From positions 40,364,001 to 40,428,000 of the forward strand of contig CM052818.1 in NCBI GenBank assembly GCA_028534125.1: a stretch of DNA of 64,000 nucleotides, read 5' to 3'. Both the position numbers and the translations under genes were made by a program. This stretch comes from Lama glama (taxonomy: Eukaryota). How positions within the stretch are numbered: the first letter of the stretch is position 1; each line of letters begins with the position of its first letter. The notes under the pieces are model-generated. The model was given only the letters and a program-made list of their open reading frames with translations, was not told where the DNA came from and ran no database searches. This document shows, one piece after another, positions 1-12,914 of the stretch.

Positions 1-249
1 TCCTGTGTAGTCTAGTAAGCAGTCTGCCTCCAGGTGACTAGGTGAGCTCTTCTAAAGCGAACACAATTAATTCTGCCATAACCAGTATGTCTTTATTCTG
101 TACCATAATTAATCTTCAAGTAAGTATATCGAGATAAAAAAAAGGGCTCATTTTCTTTTTAAAATAATGCCAAATCCCTGAGACTGTGGGTCATCAATTT
201 GGAGGACAAATTAGGGGATATGATTAAACTAGAGAAAGTTCTTTCTAGA

Positions 250-420
250 ATGTTAATAACTACTATTTATGTGAGATATTTTACATATATTATCTCTGAT
301 CCTTGTAAAAACACTGCAAGGTATTCTCATTCATGAGTGAGCTTCGGAAGGCCTAAGTGAATTGCCTGAAGCCTGATGAGCCCAGAATTTGAAACAAAAT
401 TTTTCAGATTTAGCAGCAGG
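250..420 (-). mobile_element. Degenerate MIR SINE
   Basis: Resembles reverse MIR core (aaacactgcaaggtatt...ggcctaagtgaattgcctgaag...cagaatttgaaac). Confidence 0.55.
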
Positions 421-1124
421 CACCACTTTTAGCAAACCCAAAGAATGTACACAGAAAAAGTTAAAATTTTCTCTAAAATAAAAACAATAGTGGATATTTA
501 GTTATCACACTTACAATCACTAGTATTCATGCTTTCCCTTTAATATAATCATTTTCTAGAGTAGATAATATCTTAAGATTTTTTTTTCTAACCGTTAGGT
601 CAAAAATGTGTTAAATTCTTTTCATTGACTACTATATTTAGTTTCTCTGTCAACACAGCTAGTTGAAAAGATTTCTGCATAATGTTCCCCCAAGTGTAAA
701 CTATTTATCAGGTGGTTAAATAACCCAGTGCCCAAACCAGAGTGCTGGTTTTCTGCCAGAGGGATGTATATCAACTTTCATGGGTTTGGAGAAATTGCAC
801 AAACAATGAAGATGTCTGAGTTACATCATAGTACAATGATCAAAAGAACCATATTGCCGTACTTTATAGTGAATGCATCCTTTAAAAAAAATACAACATT
901 TTTCTCTCCAACATCTGTTGAGAAGTCAAAGAGATTACACATATCCTATCAGTGAAAACCCACTAATTAAAGATTCCAAATACTTAGACTAGCTTTCCTT
1001 ATGATGCAACTGATAACATCCTTGACACATCAATATTATTTCATGTAAATTTTTCTAAATCAATTGAGAGGTGACAGAGGAAAGATTTTTTGTGTGTTTT
1101 GTTTTTCAAAATCTTTATTTCAGG

Positions 1125-2030
1125 GAACATTGGCTTCTGCCAAGGGCAAGATAGGTTATTTGGACCAATTCTTCTTTTAGGACATCTAACAATTCTGATG
1201 AAGATAAGAAAAACTAAATTTTCTTAAACACATCAAAGTGCTGACAAGATGCTGGGAAATTCTTGATCAAAATCATGCAAACATGAAGGTATGAATACTA
1301 AAAGTTAAGTGAGAAGGCAAATTACTTTGGCACAGAGGACATGTGTCTTCTTAGAAAAAAAAAAACAACAATGAATGTAAAGGGCTTTTTGACTACCTAG
1401 AACATGAGGAAGGGTAGAAATGAAAGCCTGGACAAAATCTGGGGTGGACAGACAGCCACACAGATTCCCATTAAGCTGGGATTCTGAAGGACTACACGCT
1501 CAAGGAAAGGATGAGCAAGAATGTACTATACTCCCAACTGTCCCTTGAAACAGGGGAGTTGTCTTAACACTGAGCAAAAGAGGGAATATATGAAAGAAGA
1601 GGAAAGTTATCCTTGGAAAGCTAAAAGCTGACCCCCAGCTCCCATGCAGAAGTGAAAATTGATTTCACCAGGACAAGCCAAAAAACTCAAAACATCAGTT
1701 TGGTGTAAAATTGTTTGGGGCTAGTAATACCCTAGATGACCAGCAGAAAAAAATAAAACAACAACAAAAAACAAACCTCAATGCTCTATAGAGGAGGTTG
1801 CCTTCATAAAACGGCTTGGTCAATCTCTGTAAATAATTTTTTCAAGGGTGATGTCTAGTACTAAGGTTACAGGTACAGGTACCATGAGTGAGAATCAGAT
1901 CACTGATCCAGAAATACCAGATATGGGAATTACCAGGCTTGGATGATATAATCACCATGATTACTGTGTATAAAGAAATAAAAATGAGTTTGAAAAACAA
2001 TAATCCACATCTTCAACAAGCCTAATTCTA
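1125..2030 (+). mobile_element. Ancient L1M 5' region remnant
   Basis: A-rich plus strand; ggcttctgcc...caagataggttatttggaccaa start resembles old L1M 5' ends; ORF1-like sequence resumes after 2530. Confidence 0.5.
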
Positions 2031-2044
2031 AACCGAAATATTAA

Positions 2045-2520
2045 AAACATATACATTGAAAACCTATATCCATGCAAAAAAAATGCACACAGATATTTAT
2101 AGCAGCTGTAGTCATAGTGCGAAACTTAGAAACAACCAAGAGTTTCCTCAATAGGTAAATGGATAAATAAACTGTAGTACATCTAGACAATGGAATATAA
2201 TTCATCACCAACAAGAAATGAGCTATCAAGCCATGCGAACTCATGGAGGAACTCTAAATGCATATTGATAAGTGAAATAAGCCAATCTTAAAAGGCTATA
2301 TGTTGGCATGATTCCAACTATATGATATTCTGGAAAAGGAAAAACCGTGAAGACAGTAAAGATTAGTGGCTGACAGGTTAAAGAGGAGGGAGGAATGAAT
2401 AAGGAGAGCACAGAGGATACTTAGGGCAGTGAAGCTATTCTGTATGATACTATAATGGTGCATATATGTCATTAGACATTTGTAAAACTCCATAGAATAT
2501 ACAATACTGAGTGAACCCCC
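2045..2520 (+). mobile_element. L1MC/L1MD-type 3' end nested in an older L1
   Basis: ttgaaaacctatatccatgcaaaa...atttatagcagct...atgattccaactatatgatattctggaaaagg...aaactccatagaatatacaa, typical L1MC ORF2 end and 3'UTR. Confidence 0.8.
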
Positions 2521-2529
2521 TATTTTAAC

Positions 2530-3280
2530 AAAAAAGCATTTGTAACTGGATACATCATAAAGAAACTACAGAAGACAGAAGTCAAGGAGAGGATGTTAAA
2601 AGCTACAGGAAAAAACAGATCACCTTTAAAAGCAAAAGGACTGATGGACAGCTGCCTTCTCACCTGTAGCATATGTAAGCCAGAAGACAGAAATGTGTTA
2701 AATAACTGCCAACCTAGAATTCTATACCCAATCAAAGTATACATCCAGGATGGATATAAAATAAAAATCTTAACAAACATACTGAAGTGGAGAAAACTGG
2801 CCACAGCTGAGCCACATTAAAGGACAACTTAAATGATTCTTTCAGCTACAAGGGTAGTAATTCCAAATGGAAGTCCTGAGAGATGGGACAGCAGTAAGAA
2901 CAAAGGAAATATTGTGTAAGTATAAAACTGATAATCATACACTTGCATATTTGAAAATCAAGAAACACGCTTCTAAATTAGTTAACAGATCAAGAAAGAA
3001 ATCAAAATGGAAGTTTTAAAATATTTTGAAAAGAAATGACAATGAAACGATAGCCTCAAATGACTATATTAGAAATAGAGAATAATTGGAATCAATCAGC
3101 TATGCATTCATTTCCAGAAGTTGGAGAAAGTACGGGAAAAATTAAGTAAAGTAAAAATAAATAAATAAGGAATTTAAAAATATAAGAACAGATGTTAAAG
3201 AAATAGAAAGCAGACCTATGACAGAAAAGACAGACAATATTAATTCTTTGAAAAGGTTTATAAAATTGGCCTACTCCTTG
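2530..3280 (+). mobile_element. Ancient L1 ORF1 C-terminus to ORF2 fragments
   Basis: ORF 2593-2820 contains NNCQPRILYPIKV, matching the L1 ORF1p QPRILYPAKLSF motif; A-rich ORF2-like sequence follows. Confidence 0.75.
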
Positions 3281-3459
3281 TAGGGAAGGCGCAAATAAAT
3301 GCTATCTCTCACTGCCGTTCAAGTGCTCACTGCCAGGATTCTTAAGACCTTTCCTACTTTCTCTACTGATCTCCTTGAGGCTCTTCCAACTTCTGCCTAT
3401 TATCTAGTCTCAAAACCATCATCACATTTTTTTTTCATCGTTCTACTTCTACGTACCAA

Positions 3460-4200
3460 CATTTGTTCTGCTTCTCTAACCATTCCAGAACTTAGATCTT
3501 TAAGACAATAGCAACCGTGTATGTTGCTCAAGAGTCTACAGTTTGGGGCTGGGCTCTGCATGGGTGGTTCTTCCTTTTTCCTCTCGGTGTTAGCTGGGAC
3601 CCAGCTGGTCTCAGGGGTGTGCAATCAGTGTTGTTGCAGAGGGCTTCACGTTCATAAGAGGGCCCTATGCTTGAGTTTTAATGCTCTGCACTCTTTGTGT
3701 TCAGATTCTTACAGTTTTACTTTTGAATTTGTGTTTTCTAAGGGTGGTCTGACGGGAGCATGCAGTGAGGTCTCGGAGCCAAAATCACATGTAGTTTAGC
3801 TTTCTGCCCACTCCCAGGCTCTAAAGGAGAGTTCTTAGCTTCCTGGTTCCTGCCTCCATCAGGCACCCTCTTCAAACACCCCTATTCTTAGAGGGGGTTC
3901 AGGCATCTTTGAGGGTCTGCACTCACTTGGCATGTATCCCTGTGCCAAAAGGGGAATGACATTAAACAGCAAACAAACAAACAAACAAAAAACACCATGG
4001 CAGGTCAACTAAGAGGCCATGAAAAAAAAGAAAAAAAATTCTTTCCTACTTTAAGAACATAGGCCTTTGAATTTTCATTTTGCCCTGGGGCCCATCAATT
4101 ATGTAGCCAGCCCTGTCTGGGGCAGCTTGTCTGAGCTGGAAGATCCAGGTCCAAGATGATTCGTTCACAATGCTTGATGGCTGGTGCTGGCTGGTTAGCT
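3460..4200 (-). mobile_element. MLT1 (MaLR) LTR remnant split by a MER45-like element
   Basis: MLT1-like pieces at 3460-3600 and 4116-4200 (gagctggaagatcc...ccaagatg...ggctggtgctggctg) are colinear across the insertion. Confidence 0.55.
3601..4115 (+). mobile_element. MER45-family hAT-Tip100 DNA transposon (longer MER45B/C-like form)
   Basis: 5' part agggccctatgcttgagttttaatgctctgc and 3' end ttttcattttgccctggggcccatcaattatgtagccagccctg; degenerate 8-bp TSD gctgggac / tctggggc. Confidence 0.75.
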
Positions 4201-4934
4201 AGTTCTGTCTCTTAACCTGCGTGGTTGGGTATAGTTGCTTTAGACATTTGCGTATGTGCTATACTTTCCTTTTTTTGGTGTGTATGTTATTTTCTTTTAA
4301 GTAAAAAAAAAAAGTAACTGAATTTAAAACTAAAGTTAGTTTTCAGGTGCTTACAGCATAGCTTTAGTATTACTAAAGCAATCTTATTTGTATCCTAAAA
4401 ATGCATCTTTTTTCTGAAGTGATTTCACATGAAATAAAACCCCATTATTTAGATTGAGCTAACTGAGAATTTGTAATAGCATGACTAGAGATGAAATAGG
4501 TTACCTTTACACTCTCTGAAGACAAAGCATTTTAAGCAAATGAAAGAGCAATGCTGTGTTTCCCCTGGTTAAGAGAAACAGTTTTCAACCATATAAGTAA
4601 TTGATGTATCTAAGCACCTTTTATATTTCACTTAAAATATATCTCCTAAGGATATGTATATATTTGAAGCAGAATTTCCAGTTTATAAATAACAACCCAC
4701 ACTGGCCCTTCTAACTGGAATTGTTTTTCCCTAGGCAAATCTACTAACTTGCATAGATTTGCCAAAATTATGTTATTCTGAAACTTAGGACTTGGGTTAT
4801 TTTTATTTAGAGACACATCGGAATGATTATAAGATCACAGATATTACAGACTCTGTCTCTAAAACTTATAATCCACCTATGTTAACATTTTTTGACTCCC
4901 CAAAATACCATTTTGCATGTCTTTGCACATCACA

Positions 4935-5342
4935 AGGAAGTTTTCCTGGGAAGCAGATTATGAGGTAGAGATGTGCATGCAAGTGGCTTATCGGAGAGTG
5001 GTAATTACATATGAAAAGGTAAGAAGAGCAAGGTTGGGTAGCGGAAGAAGTTGAACTAAGATACAGTTACAATGACGGCTTCAGCTAATCCCACAAGGAG
5101 CTCTAAAGCTGGGATGGTCCTTCAAAGATACTTTCCACTGAGGCAAGGGGGCTGGACCCTTGTACCTCTCCATCAGTGAATCCCTGTATGGGGATGGCCC
5201 GTTGAAAGGGTGCATGACTTTGGTGAGACAACCACCGTTAACCATGTAGGTTTCCTGGAAAAGAACATAGCTGGCAGCTGGGGAGTGTTTTGGCCCCTGG
5301 GACAGGATCTATGTGGTGAGGTGAACCATCGCTTCTAGTACA
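4935..5342 (-). mobile_element. ERVL solo LTR, LTR16-like
   Basis: gggaagcagattatgaggtagagatgtgcatgc...gaagttgaact...cccacaaggagctctaaagctgggatggtccttca...gaggcaagggggctggaccctt. Confidence 0.7.
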
Positions 5343-6171
5343 TCCTGTTTCTTGTAACATTCAAATTTGCTTTCTTCGTCTAAGGAGTACAGCTCTTCCA
5401 GGATTCTGGCTGATCTCAATTCCTGGAAATGTTAGGGGAATATAAAATAACCTCTGCCACTATGGCAGGTCTCTGGGCAGCCAGGAGGGAGGGAGAACCA
5501 CTGACTTCCAGAATGCACCCTGAACGACACAGAGAAGAACGAAAGCAGAGCATCCTGATCCTGCACCTAGACTGATGCCCAGGAGAGGCATGGAGTCTGG
5601 GAACAGGATTTCCACTTCCTCTGCCTGCCTGCTGGTTTTTATCTGTCGCCCTGGCACCACCCTCTGACCTCCGTTCCTAATATTTCCTTAGATTTAGATG
5701 ATGCCTTAACCAAAATATTTTAGATACATGACCTGTGGGTTTCAACTCTTTTTACTGTCTATATTTTCCATTGACATGCTCAAAACACATCTCTGTGTTT
5801 AATTTAGACTCTCACCATCACTAATGAAAAAACTTTTGAGTTATCCTGAGTGCATTGCTACCAGTCAATAATTCTATTTATCAGTGGTATTGTCTGTGTT
5901 CTGCCATGTTTGGAAACTTATTTGGATATTGACTGCATTTTATCAATATATTTTTTTAAATGTTGAAATTTAAAAGAAGAAAGTAACAAGTTAATATGTC
6001 TCATAAACCTAACACACTTGAGACTGCAATGCCAAGTAATGGATACTCATTTTGTTGTCATTGTTGAATGACTGAACAAAATAAATGCACTGAAAGCAAA
6101 CACTCTATAACCTCAAATACATGGTCACCACTTGGCTTATGCTCATTATTTCCGAATTCAGTTGTAAAGTA

Positions 6172-6200
6172 AAAACAAAACAAAACAAAACAAAACAAAG
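6172..6200. repeat. (CAAAA)n simple repeat
   Basis: aaaaacaaaacaaaacaaaacaaaacaaag. Confidence 0.9.
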
Positions 6201-6454
6201 ACAAAAGACCACAAAAACAAAAAAGTCCAGAAACTATTTTTTAAAAAAGCAACATATAAAAAATATTATTTCTAAGATTGCACCAAAACAGTGAAGTGCA
6301 ATTAGGAATTTTGTAGTTAATAATTATCTGGACCAACCTTTCCTTACAATGTGTCTATGCATCTGTAACGGTTGTTCAACTGAAACCTACCTGACTTTCA
6401 CACACATCTAAGAAGCATGTCACACCCACACATAGGTGTCTGACCTTGCCTGCT

Positions 6455-6560
6455 GGTCTTCACAGCACTTTGTGAGGTGGGGAGTGTCAGCCCCCTTCTA
6501 CAGGTGAGGAAGTCGAGGCTCAGAGAGGTGAAAGGGTGGCAAATTAACAGAACGGCAGGC
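6455..6560 (-). mobile_element. MIR SINE
   Basis: tacaggtgaggaagtcgaggctcagagaggtgaa core. Confidence 0.75.
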
Positions 6561-8625
6561 AGACAGGCAGCCTAAGGCCTCTAGGACTTGTCATCCTTTG
6601 ACCCCATAAGCCTTTCGGCCTTTCTCTCACCTGATTGCCACCAATCTCCATGGATGTGATCCAACAAATCCTGAAGCGAGATCCACCTCCTTCCTAATTA
6701 TTATTTTAACTCAAAGACCCCATTGAATGATAATCAACTGGTAGAACTTCAAAAACTATAAATTAACCTGGAACGGTGGGTGGCTTCTTCTAAATCCCAC
6801 CTTTCTATCCATGAATCCCAGTTACCGGGGGCTGGGAGGGAAATCTTGTTTGGAAGCACAGGTTCCAGCCTTTTCTGAATAGTGGGGACCTTTTCCAACT
6901 GATCACCATCGTTCTGAAGGGCTCCCAGAACTGCGTGATCCCCCCAAAATTAAATAAATTACACGTGGTGTGGTTATGAGAAAGTTAAGCACTTATTTAT
7001 CCACATCATTAGTCATCGAAATTCTTGTAGGGAGTAACAGCTCAGCCCCACAGGTCAGCCACTCCGTGTTTCCTTAGCACTTCCACTGTTTTTTAAACAC
7101 CGAGTCTTGATTTATGACTGTTCTGTGGCCTCAGCCTGGGACTAATAATATAGCACGTACCACCCCCGACCAGAGTGACACACGCACTCCCTCGCGCCAG
7201 TTTAAGTCATCCCATATGTGGGCTCTTGCCTTGTCTCCTGCTCCCTGGAAGTTCATGAAAACAGGTGACCAGTGTTGCCAGCCAAGGACATTCACTTCAA
7301 CATGAAGACGCGTTCAGCAAATGACTCTGTCTTCTCAGCTAACTTTCAGCCACTCAGTATTCTTGAAGCTTTTTTGGCTGCTGCTTATTTTCCTCAAACT
7401 GGGCCACTTGCATCTACTGGGAATGTTTCCCCTTGTTTATATCCTGTACGGGCAAGGAATTACTTTTGTCTTTCGACCCATGCAATGAGCCCCAGACCAC
7501 ATGATGCTTCTACCGGAAGCCTTTTCCATCCCCATCTCCATTCAAGCCTTTAGCACACTGCGGTGAGTCGTGTCTGGGTCTAGGTCATACCCATGCGTGT
7601 CTCTATGCCTGGCACATATTAAGCATTCAGAAAAATTCTACCGTTATGAGTATATATTATATCCCACGTACCGTGCTGGGCACTGGTGATACATGGATTT
7701 ATAAGATTAAGTGACATCCAGTCTAGCAGGTGCATATAAATATATGCACACAAATAGCTATAATCCACAACGACTGAGTCTATAAGAGCTCAAAGGATGA
7801 CCAACGGTGGTGGCTGGGAAAGCTTTGAGCACGTGGTCTGAGTTGGCCTGGGAAACGCAGGTTCCCTGGGGAAGAAGGAGGGAAGAAAGCTGCACGCAGT
7901 GGGAGAAGCAGAGACTGGGGCTCAGGGGTGTGGCCCTACGGGGCAGGAGGGTGGAGACCAGGAGGCCCTCTGGGGGCCTGGATGAGACAGTCGTCATGAG
8001 AGGTGCGAAGGCTGTGTTAGTGGTGACCTAGTATTTTAGACAATGGGATGTCCTTGGAATTTTTTAGCAGGTGAATGGCACGGTCAGCCCTGTATTCTAG
8101 ATAGCTTGCAATCACAAGGATGGGGGTGGGAGGGGATGTTCAAATGGGGACCATGATGGCAAACAAGGCAGTTGGGGAGCTGGTTCTCTAGTGCAAGCAA
8201 GAGCTGGTCAAGTGATAACTACTTTGGAAGAATTGACAGCTCTGGGAGATTTACTGGCTGTTGGAAGAGAGCAAGAGAGTAGAGGCAGGAAGACTTTAAC
8301 TGGGATGAAAATGATTAATCTGATTCTTGACCATTTGAATATAGGCATCGCCTCGGCAGGCCTCTTACCCTGAAGCAGGGCCAAAGGAACTCCAATAACC
8401 TCTGGTAGACTCAAGCCGGCTCACAAGGGTCTCTGAGATCCACTGGGGGAGGCGGGACTAGGGAAGCGGCCACTGTGGACAAATGCAAGGTCTGTCTTGT
8501 CCTGGGCCAGGACAGTATTTTTCATTTACTCACTCATTCTTTCTTTTCTTTGTTCATCAAGCATTTTCAAAGCAGCTTCAAGTAACCTCAAGAAACTTGG
8601 TGGAGGAAATAGGCAGATAAACAGG

Positions 8626-9017
8626 TGTTATGGGCTAAATTTAACCACCACGCCCAAATTCATACATGGAAGCCTTAAGGCCATGCAGTACCTTAGAACG
8701 TGACTGTATTTGGAGATAGGGCCTTCGAAGAGGTGATTAAGTCAAGATGGTGCTGTATGTGTGTCCATAATCCAATATGATTGGTAACCTTGTAAGAAGA
8801 GGAGGTCACAGACGCCATAGGCACAGGAAAGCCCTGTAAACACCCAGTGAGGTGACGGCTGTCTGCAAGCCAAGGAGAGAGGCCTCAAGGGAAGCCAAGC
8901 CTGCTGACGCCCCGATCTTGGACTTCGAGGCTCCAGACCTGCGAGAAAGTAAACTTCTGCTGTGTGAGCCACACGGTCTGTGGTATTTTGTGACGGCAGC
9001 TCTGGATGACTAACACA
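8626..9017 (+). mobile_element. Complete MLT1B-like MaLR solo LTR
   Basis: TG...CA termini; diagnostic gtgactgtatttggagatagggcc and gcaagccaaggagagaggcctca; 5-bp TSD acagg / acaga. Confidence 0.9.
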
Positions 9018-9774
9018 ACAGACAACTGGGATTTGTCATGGTAGGGGTGTGATCAAGTCTCAACCTGGTACCCTGGTCATGAGGGAATCGTGAGCCATTC
9101 AGCCTGAGAAAGTGAGAGGGTGCAAAAAAATCCTCGAATGAGGGTTTGAAGGATGAACAGGACTTTGACAAGCAGAAGCTGAAGGATGGCATCCAAGACA
9201 GAGAATTCTGTCTCTCTGGCTCCTCTGTCTCTCTCTCTCCTTATCAGTCCTCCAGTTAATTCCCCAGATCTTGTTTGCCTCGGCTCACACTCAGCCAGTC
9301 CTTACTAACAGACAGAGTGCAAAGCCCGCTGTTTCTTGAGGCCACTGTCTCTGCTCTGCCTGCCTCTCCTTGGCTTCATCCTCGAAGAAACTGCCTTCCT
9401 ATTTTGCAAGCTGGCTGCTGACAGCCTCCAGCCCCCATGGCCCTGCCAGCCGGGGCTTCTCCAAGCCACCCTCACCCACAGCACCCTGATCTAATCTTAC
9501 AGATGCTGGGAACATACACCCATCTGTGCAAAACCATAGCCGGGAAAATGGCCTTTGTCCATCAGCCAGGCCAGCTTGGGTGACAGTACCACCCTTCTGG
9601 TCAGTGCCATCTGAACCACGCGGAATGTCTTGCACACAGGAAGGAGGAGCTGTGTTATCAGATGTCGAAGAAACACCAGAGAGGCAAAAGCAGCTGCTGT
9701 TCGTGGCTGTAGCAGTGTTATTCCTAGTTAGGGAAAGCAGACTCAGAGAGGTTAAGTGGCCTGCAAGCATCATT

Positions 9775-10330
9775 ATTCATTCATTCATTCATCCACCCAT
9801 CCGTAATATCCTGAGCACTTACTGGATGTGAAGCACTGTGCTTGGTCCGGGGAATCAATTCATGAACAATACAGGCAGAAAACACCCCCCTCTCCCCAAA
9901 GAAGCTGAAATTCCAATGAGAGAGGGCATCAGTAATGAGTAACATTAATAAATCAATGATATGTTAAGAAAGTGATAAAGAAACAGAGAGAGTGTGGAAA
10001 GGTGGGCCTGCAGAGATGGCGATCATTTTGAATCACTACCAGGCTAAGTCTCATTACGAAGATGACATTTAGGCAGAAACATGAAAGGAGGTAAAGGAGT
10101 TGGTCAGGCCAAGGGCAGCACACTCAGGGTGATGCAGCGGGGCTGCGTCTGGCACTGATTGGGGAACAGCAGTCAGGAGGAGAGTGTGGTCAGAGGAAAG
10201 GGAACACAAAGTAGGGTTAAGCAAACCATCAGGGGTCAGGGGTCACATTAGGTAGGGCCTCGGGGACACTTAAGGATTTAAGTTTCTCTTAAAGGAAGTG
10301 GTTGGCTATTGCAGGATTTTGAGCAAACTC
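9775..10330 (-). mobile_element. L2 LINE 3' portion
   Basis: ttcattcattcattcatcc tail followed by tgagcacttactggatgtgaagcactgtgc and further L2-like sequence (gcaggattttgagca). Confidence 0.7.
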
Positions 10331-10689
10331 CCTCAAATCTGAGTCATTTTGTAGGAAAATGAAAGCTGCTTCTGAATGACATGTCTAAGACCAGGTTGGC
10401 ATAATTATTATTGTGGAAAATACATAGCCCTTTGCCCCCGGCACAGGTCTCTCTCCTCGGCAGGCTGGATCTCTCCCAAGAGCTGGGCCCGCCCACCCTC
10501 AGAGGCCCTGGGTCTGAGGAGAGGGGAGGTGGCCGGGTGGGCGGTGAGGGCTGAGAACCAGGGTGTCCCTGCTCTCTGAAGACTGGCCGTGGGCGTGACT
10601 TCAGTGTCGAGGGCCTGCGGTGAGGTACGCTCCTGCCTTCCGATGGCCCATCACCTCTGGATGTGGGAGCTGCACGGCGTGGGGGCAAA

Positions 10690-11070
10690 AGCAATGGCTT
10701 TAGAACCAGAGACCCGGGTTTCAGCTCTGCTGTCACCAGCCGTGTGCCCATCCCCAAGTCACGTCATCTCTCTAAACCTATCTCATCATCATCCTCCAAA
10801 ATGCATGTAAGTGGGATAACACAAGTTAAAATGCTCAACATACGGCATTAACTACATCAGTGATCACTTCAATTCAAAAGACCTGAATTCAAGTCCAGCC
10901 CCGTCCTTCTCGGCTTTAGGAACCTGGGCAAATTTTTCCCTCTCTGAGTGTCTGTGGAAAGGGGTTAACGATCGCTGACCACCTTTCAGCCTTATTTTGG
11001 AGACTGTGTGGCATCACAGACACACAAGTTTCCCGCACAGTAAAGTGCAATATGAATAGATGGGGTTCGT
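10690..11070 (+). mobile_element. Two degenerate MIR SINEs
   Basis: ccagagacccgggtttcagctctgctgtcaccagccgtgtg and gacctgaattcaagtccagc...cctgggcaaa. Confidence 0.6.
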
Positions 11071-11569
11071 GTTGTTACACAGCAAATAATCTCATGGAGG
11101 CTTTAGATTTCCAGCAGCTTCTCATCTGGGTAAACTGATGAAAGAAAAATACACTGCGTGGACTTGATACAGTCAGAGCAGCAGCCGAGGCTTGGGCTGC
11201 TCAGAGCCTGGGGCCCTCAAGCTGGAAAGGATTTCAAGGTGGGGAGGAAGAATGCAGAAGGTCCTGTCATCTTAGTTCTACAGTTAAACGGGTCCTACGT
11301 GTTACCTGAGGCCTGTAAGCACCACCCTCACGCACACCCCCTCTCTGCTGCTACTGCACTGCCCGAATTTTAGGACGCCCTCACTGCCATGTGACTCAGG
11401 GACAAGGGTGCGAGGAACCAAATAGTACACGCGCAGGAGGTGATGGAGAGAAAGTGAACGTTGGTACCTAAGAGCCTCCTTGGGTGTCAAGGCCCACCTA
11501 GCACATGTGGGATCCCCTTCAGGTTCCTAGTGTCACACAAGGGGTGGGGGGAGATACAAAGTCATGATA

Positions 11570-11790
11570 ATACTGGAAATGGCTAAGTTTTGCTCAGTGA
11601 GTGTTAGGTCAGGCATTCTGCTAATTGTGTGAAGATACTCACCTTCGCGGTATTTCTTGGAGGTCGGCCTTGCTGCCTTCACTTGACGGGCAAGGAAATG
11701 GGTGCAGAGAGGTCGTGTGGCTTGCCCATGGTCACACACACCTGATCTGTCTCCTTCCGAGCTCCGTAACATTGCACTGCTCAACCCCAG
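11570..11790 (-). mobile_element. MIR SINE
   Basis: aaggaaatgggtgcagagaggtcgtgtggcttgcccatggtcacac. Confidence 0.65.
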
Positions 11791-12114
11791 TGGGCTTCAA
11801 GTTGACCTTGGTGTAGGGGGGGCTTGAGAAGACAGAATACAGTTCTAGATTGGGTGCATCAGACACAGAAAATAGTAGGAGGAGGTTTCTAAAGTCAGGA
11901 GGCTGCTCTGTGGTTGGGGCTTGTGTGTAAAGCCTGGAAGAAGTCAGGATGTTGGTGGGCTGGAGCGTTCGCCCGTTTGAAGTCGTCACCCTTGAGATCT
12001 GTAACCGCAGTGGTTGCTCTGTGGTCCAGGGGGCGTGAGGGGAATTCGTGGGAGAGAAGACTCGCCGTCAGTCTCGATATTAGGTAATGTGCAAGTTGCC
12101 TAATCTTGGCAATA

Positions 12115-12885
12115 AGTAGGATAACACCCCCATTTATGGATCCCTTATCAAGTGCTATGAAAGTTCACAGCACTTCACTTGTGTTAAATAATGTCACCCG
12201 CACCGGCACCGCCTGATAGGTCGTTCATTATATTTGTTATCTGTTGTTCTACAACAAACTACCCCAAATCCGCATGTCTTAAAATAACATGTGTTTATTA
12301 TCTGACAGTTTCTGTGGGTTATGAGTCAAGACACAGCTCCGCAGGGTCCTCCGGCTCAGGGTCCCTCACAAGGCTGCCGTCAGCTTCTCAGCCAGGGTCA
12401 CAGTCACGTCATCCATCTGGAGGAGGATCCACTTCAAGCTCCCTCTGTGGTTGTTAGTAGGACTGAATTCCGTGATGGCTACTGGCTGGAGGGCATCCTT
12501 GGATCCTCGTCCTTTGGACCCCTTGATATGGCATCTGGCTTCCTGAAGAGAGCAAGCAAGAGAGAGTGAGAGAGCGAGTCAGCAGGATGCAAGCCACTGC
12601 CCTTTAAACCCTCATCTCAGAGTGGCAGCCTAGCACTTGGCTGTATTCTAGCCATTAGGAGTGAGTCACTAGGTCCAGCCTACGTTCCACAGAATTACAC
12701 AAGGACATGGGTACCTGGAGACAAAGGTCACCAGGGGGCATCTGAGAGGCCTGCCTACTGGAAATATGATCCTCACGTCACACAAGAGGAAACTGAAGCA
12801 CAGAGAGTTTAGAGAACTTGCTCTAGAGTCACAGCTGACGGATGGAGGATGTGACCCTGGGCCATCTGAATCCAGGGTGCACACC
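12115..12885 (-). mobile_element. MIR SINE split by an MLT1F LTR
   Basis: MIR-like 12115-12225 and core agaggaaactgaagcacagagagtttagagaacttgctctagagtcacagct at 12780-12840. Confidence 0.65.
12228..12760 (-). mobile_element. MLT1F-like MaLR solo LTR
   Basis: acaacaaactaccccaaa...ttaaaataacatgtgtttattatctgacagtttctgtgggt...ggaggatccacttcaagctc...gtgagtcactaggtccagcc...aggcctgcctac. Confidence 0.85.
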
Positions 12886-12914
12886 TGGTCAGTCAGCTTC
12901 ATGGAACTTCCTCT

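Noticed and set aside
9820..9845. gatgtgaagcactgtg, loosely resembling miR-143
   Set aside because: Only a partial match, inside an L2 3' end, with no precursor hairpin evident.
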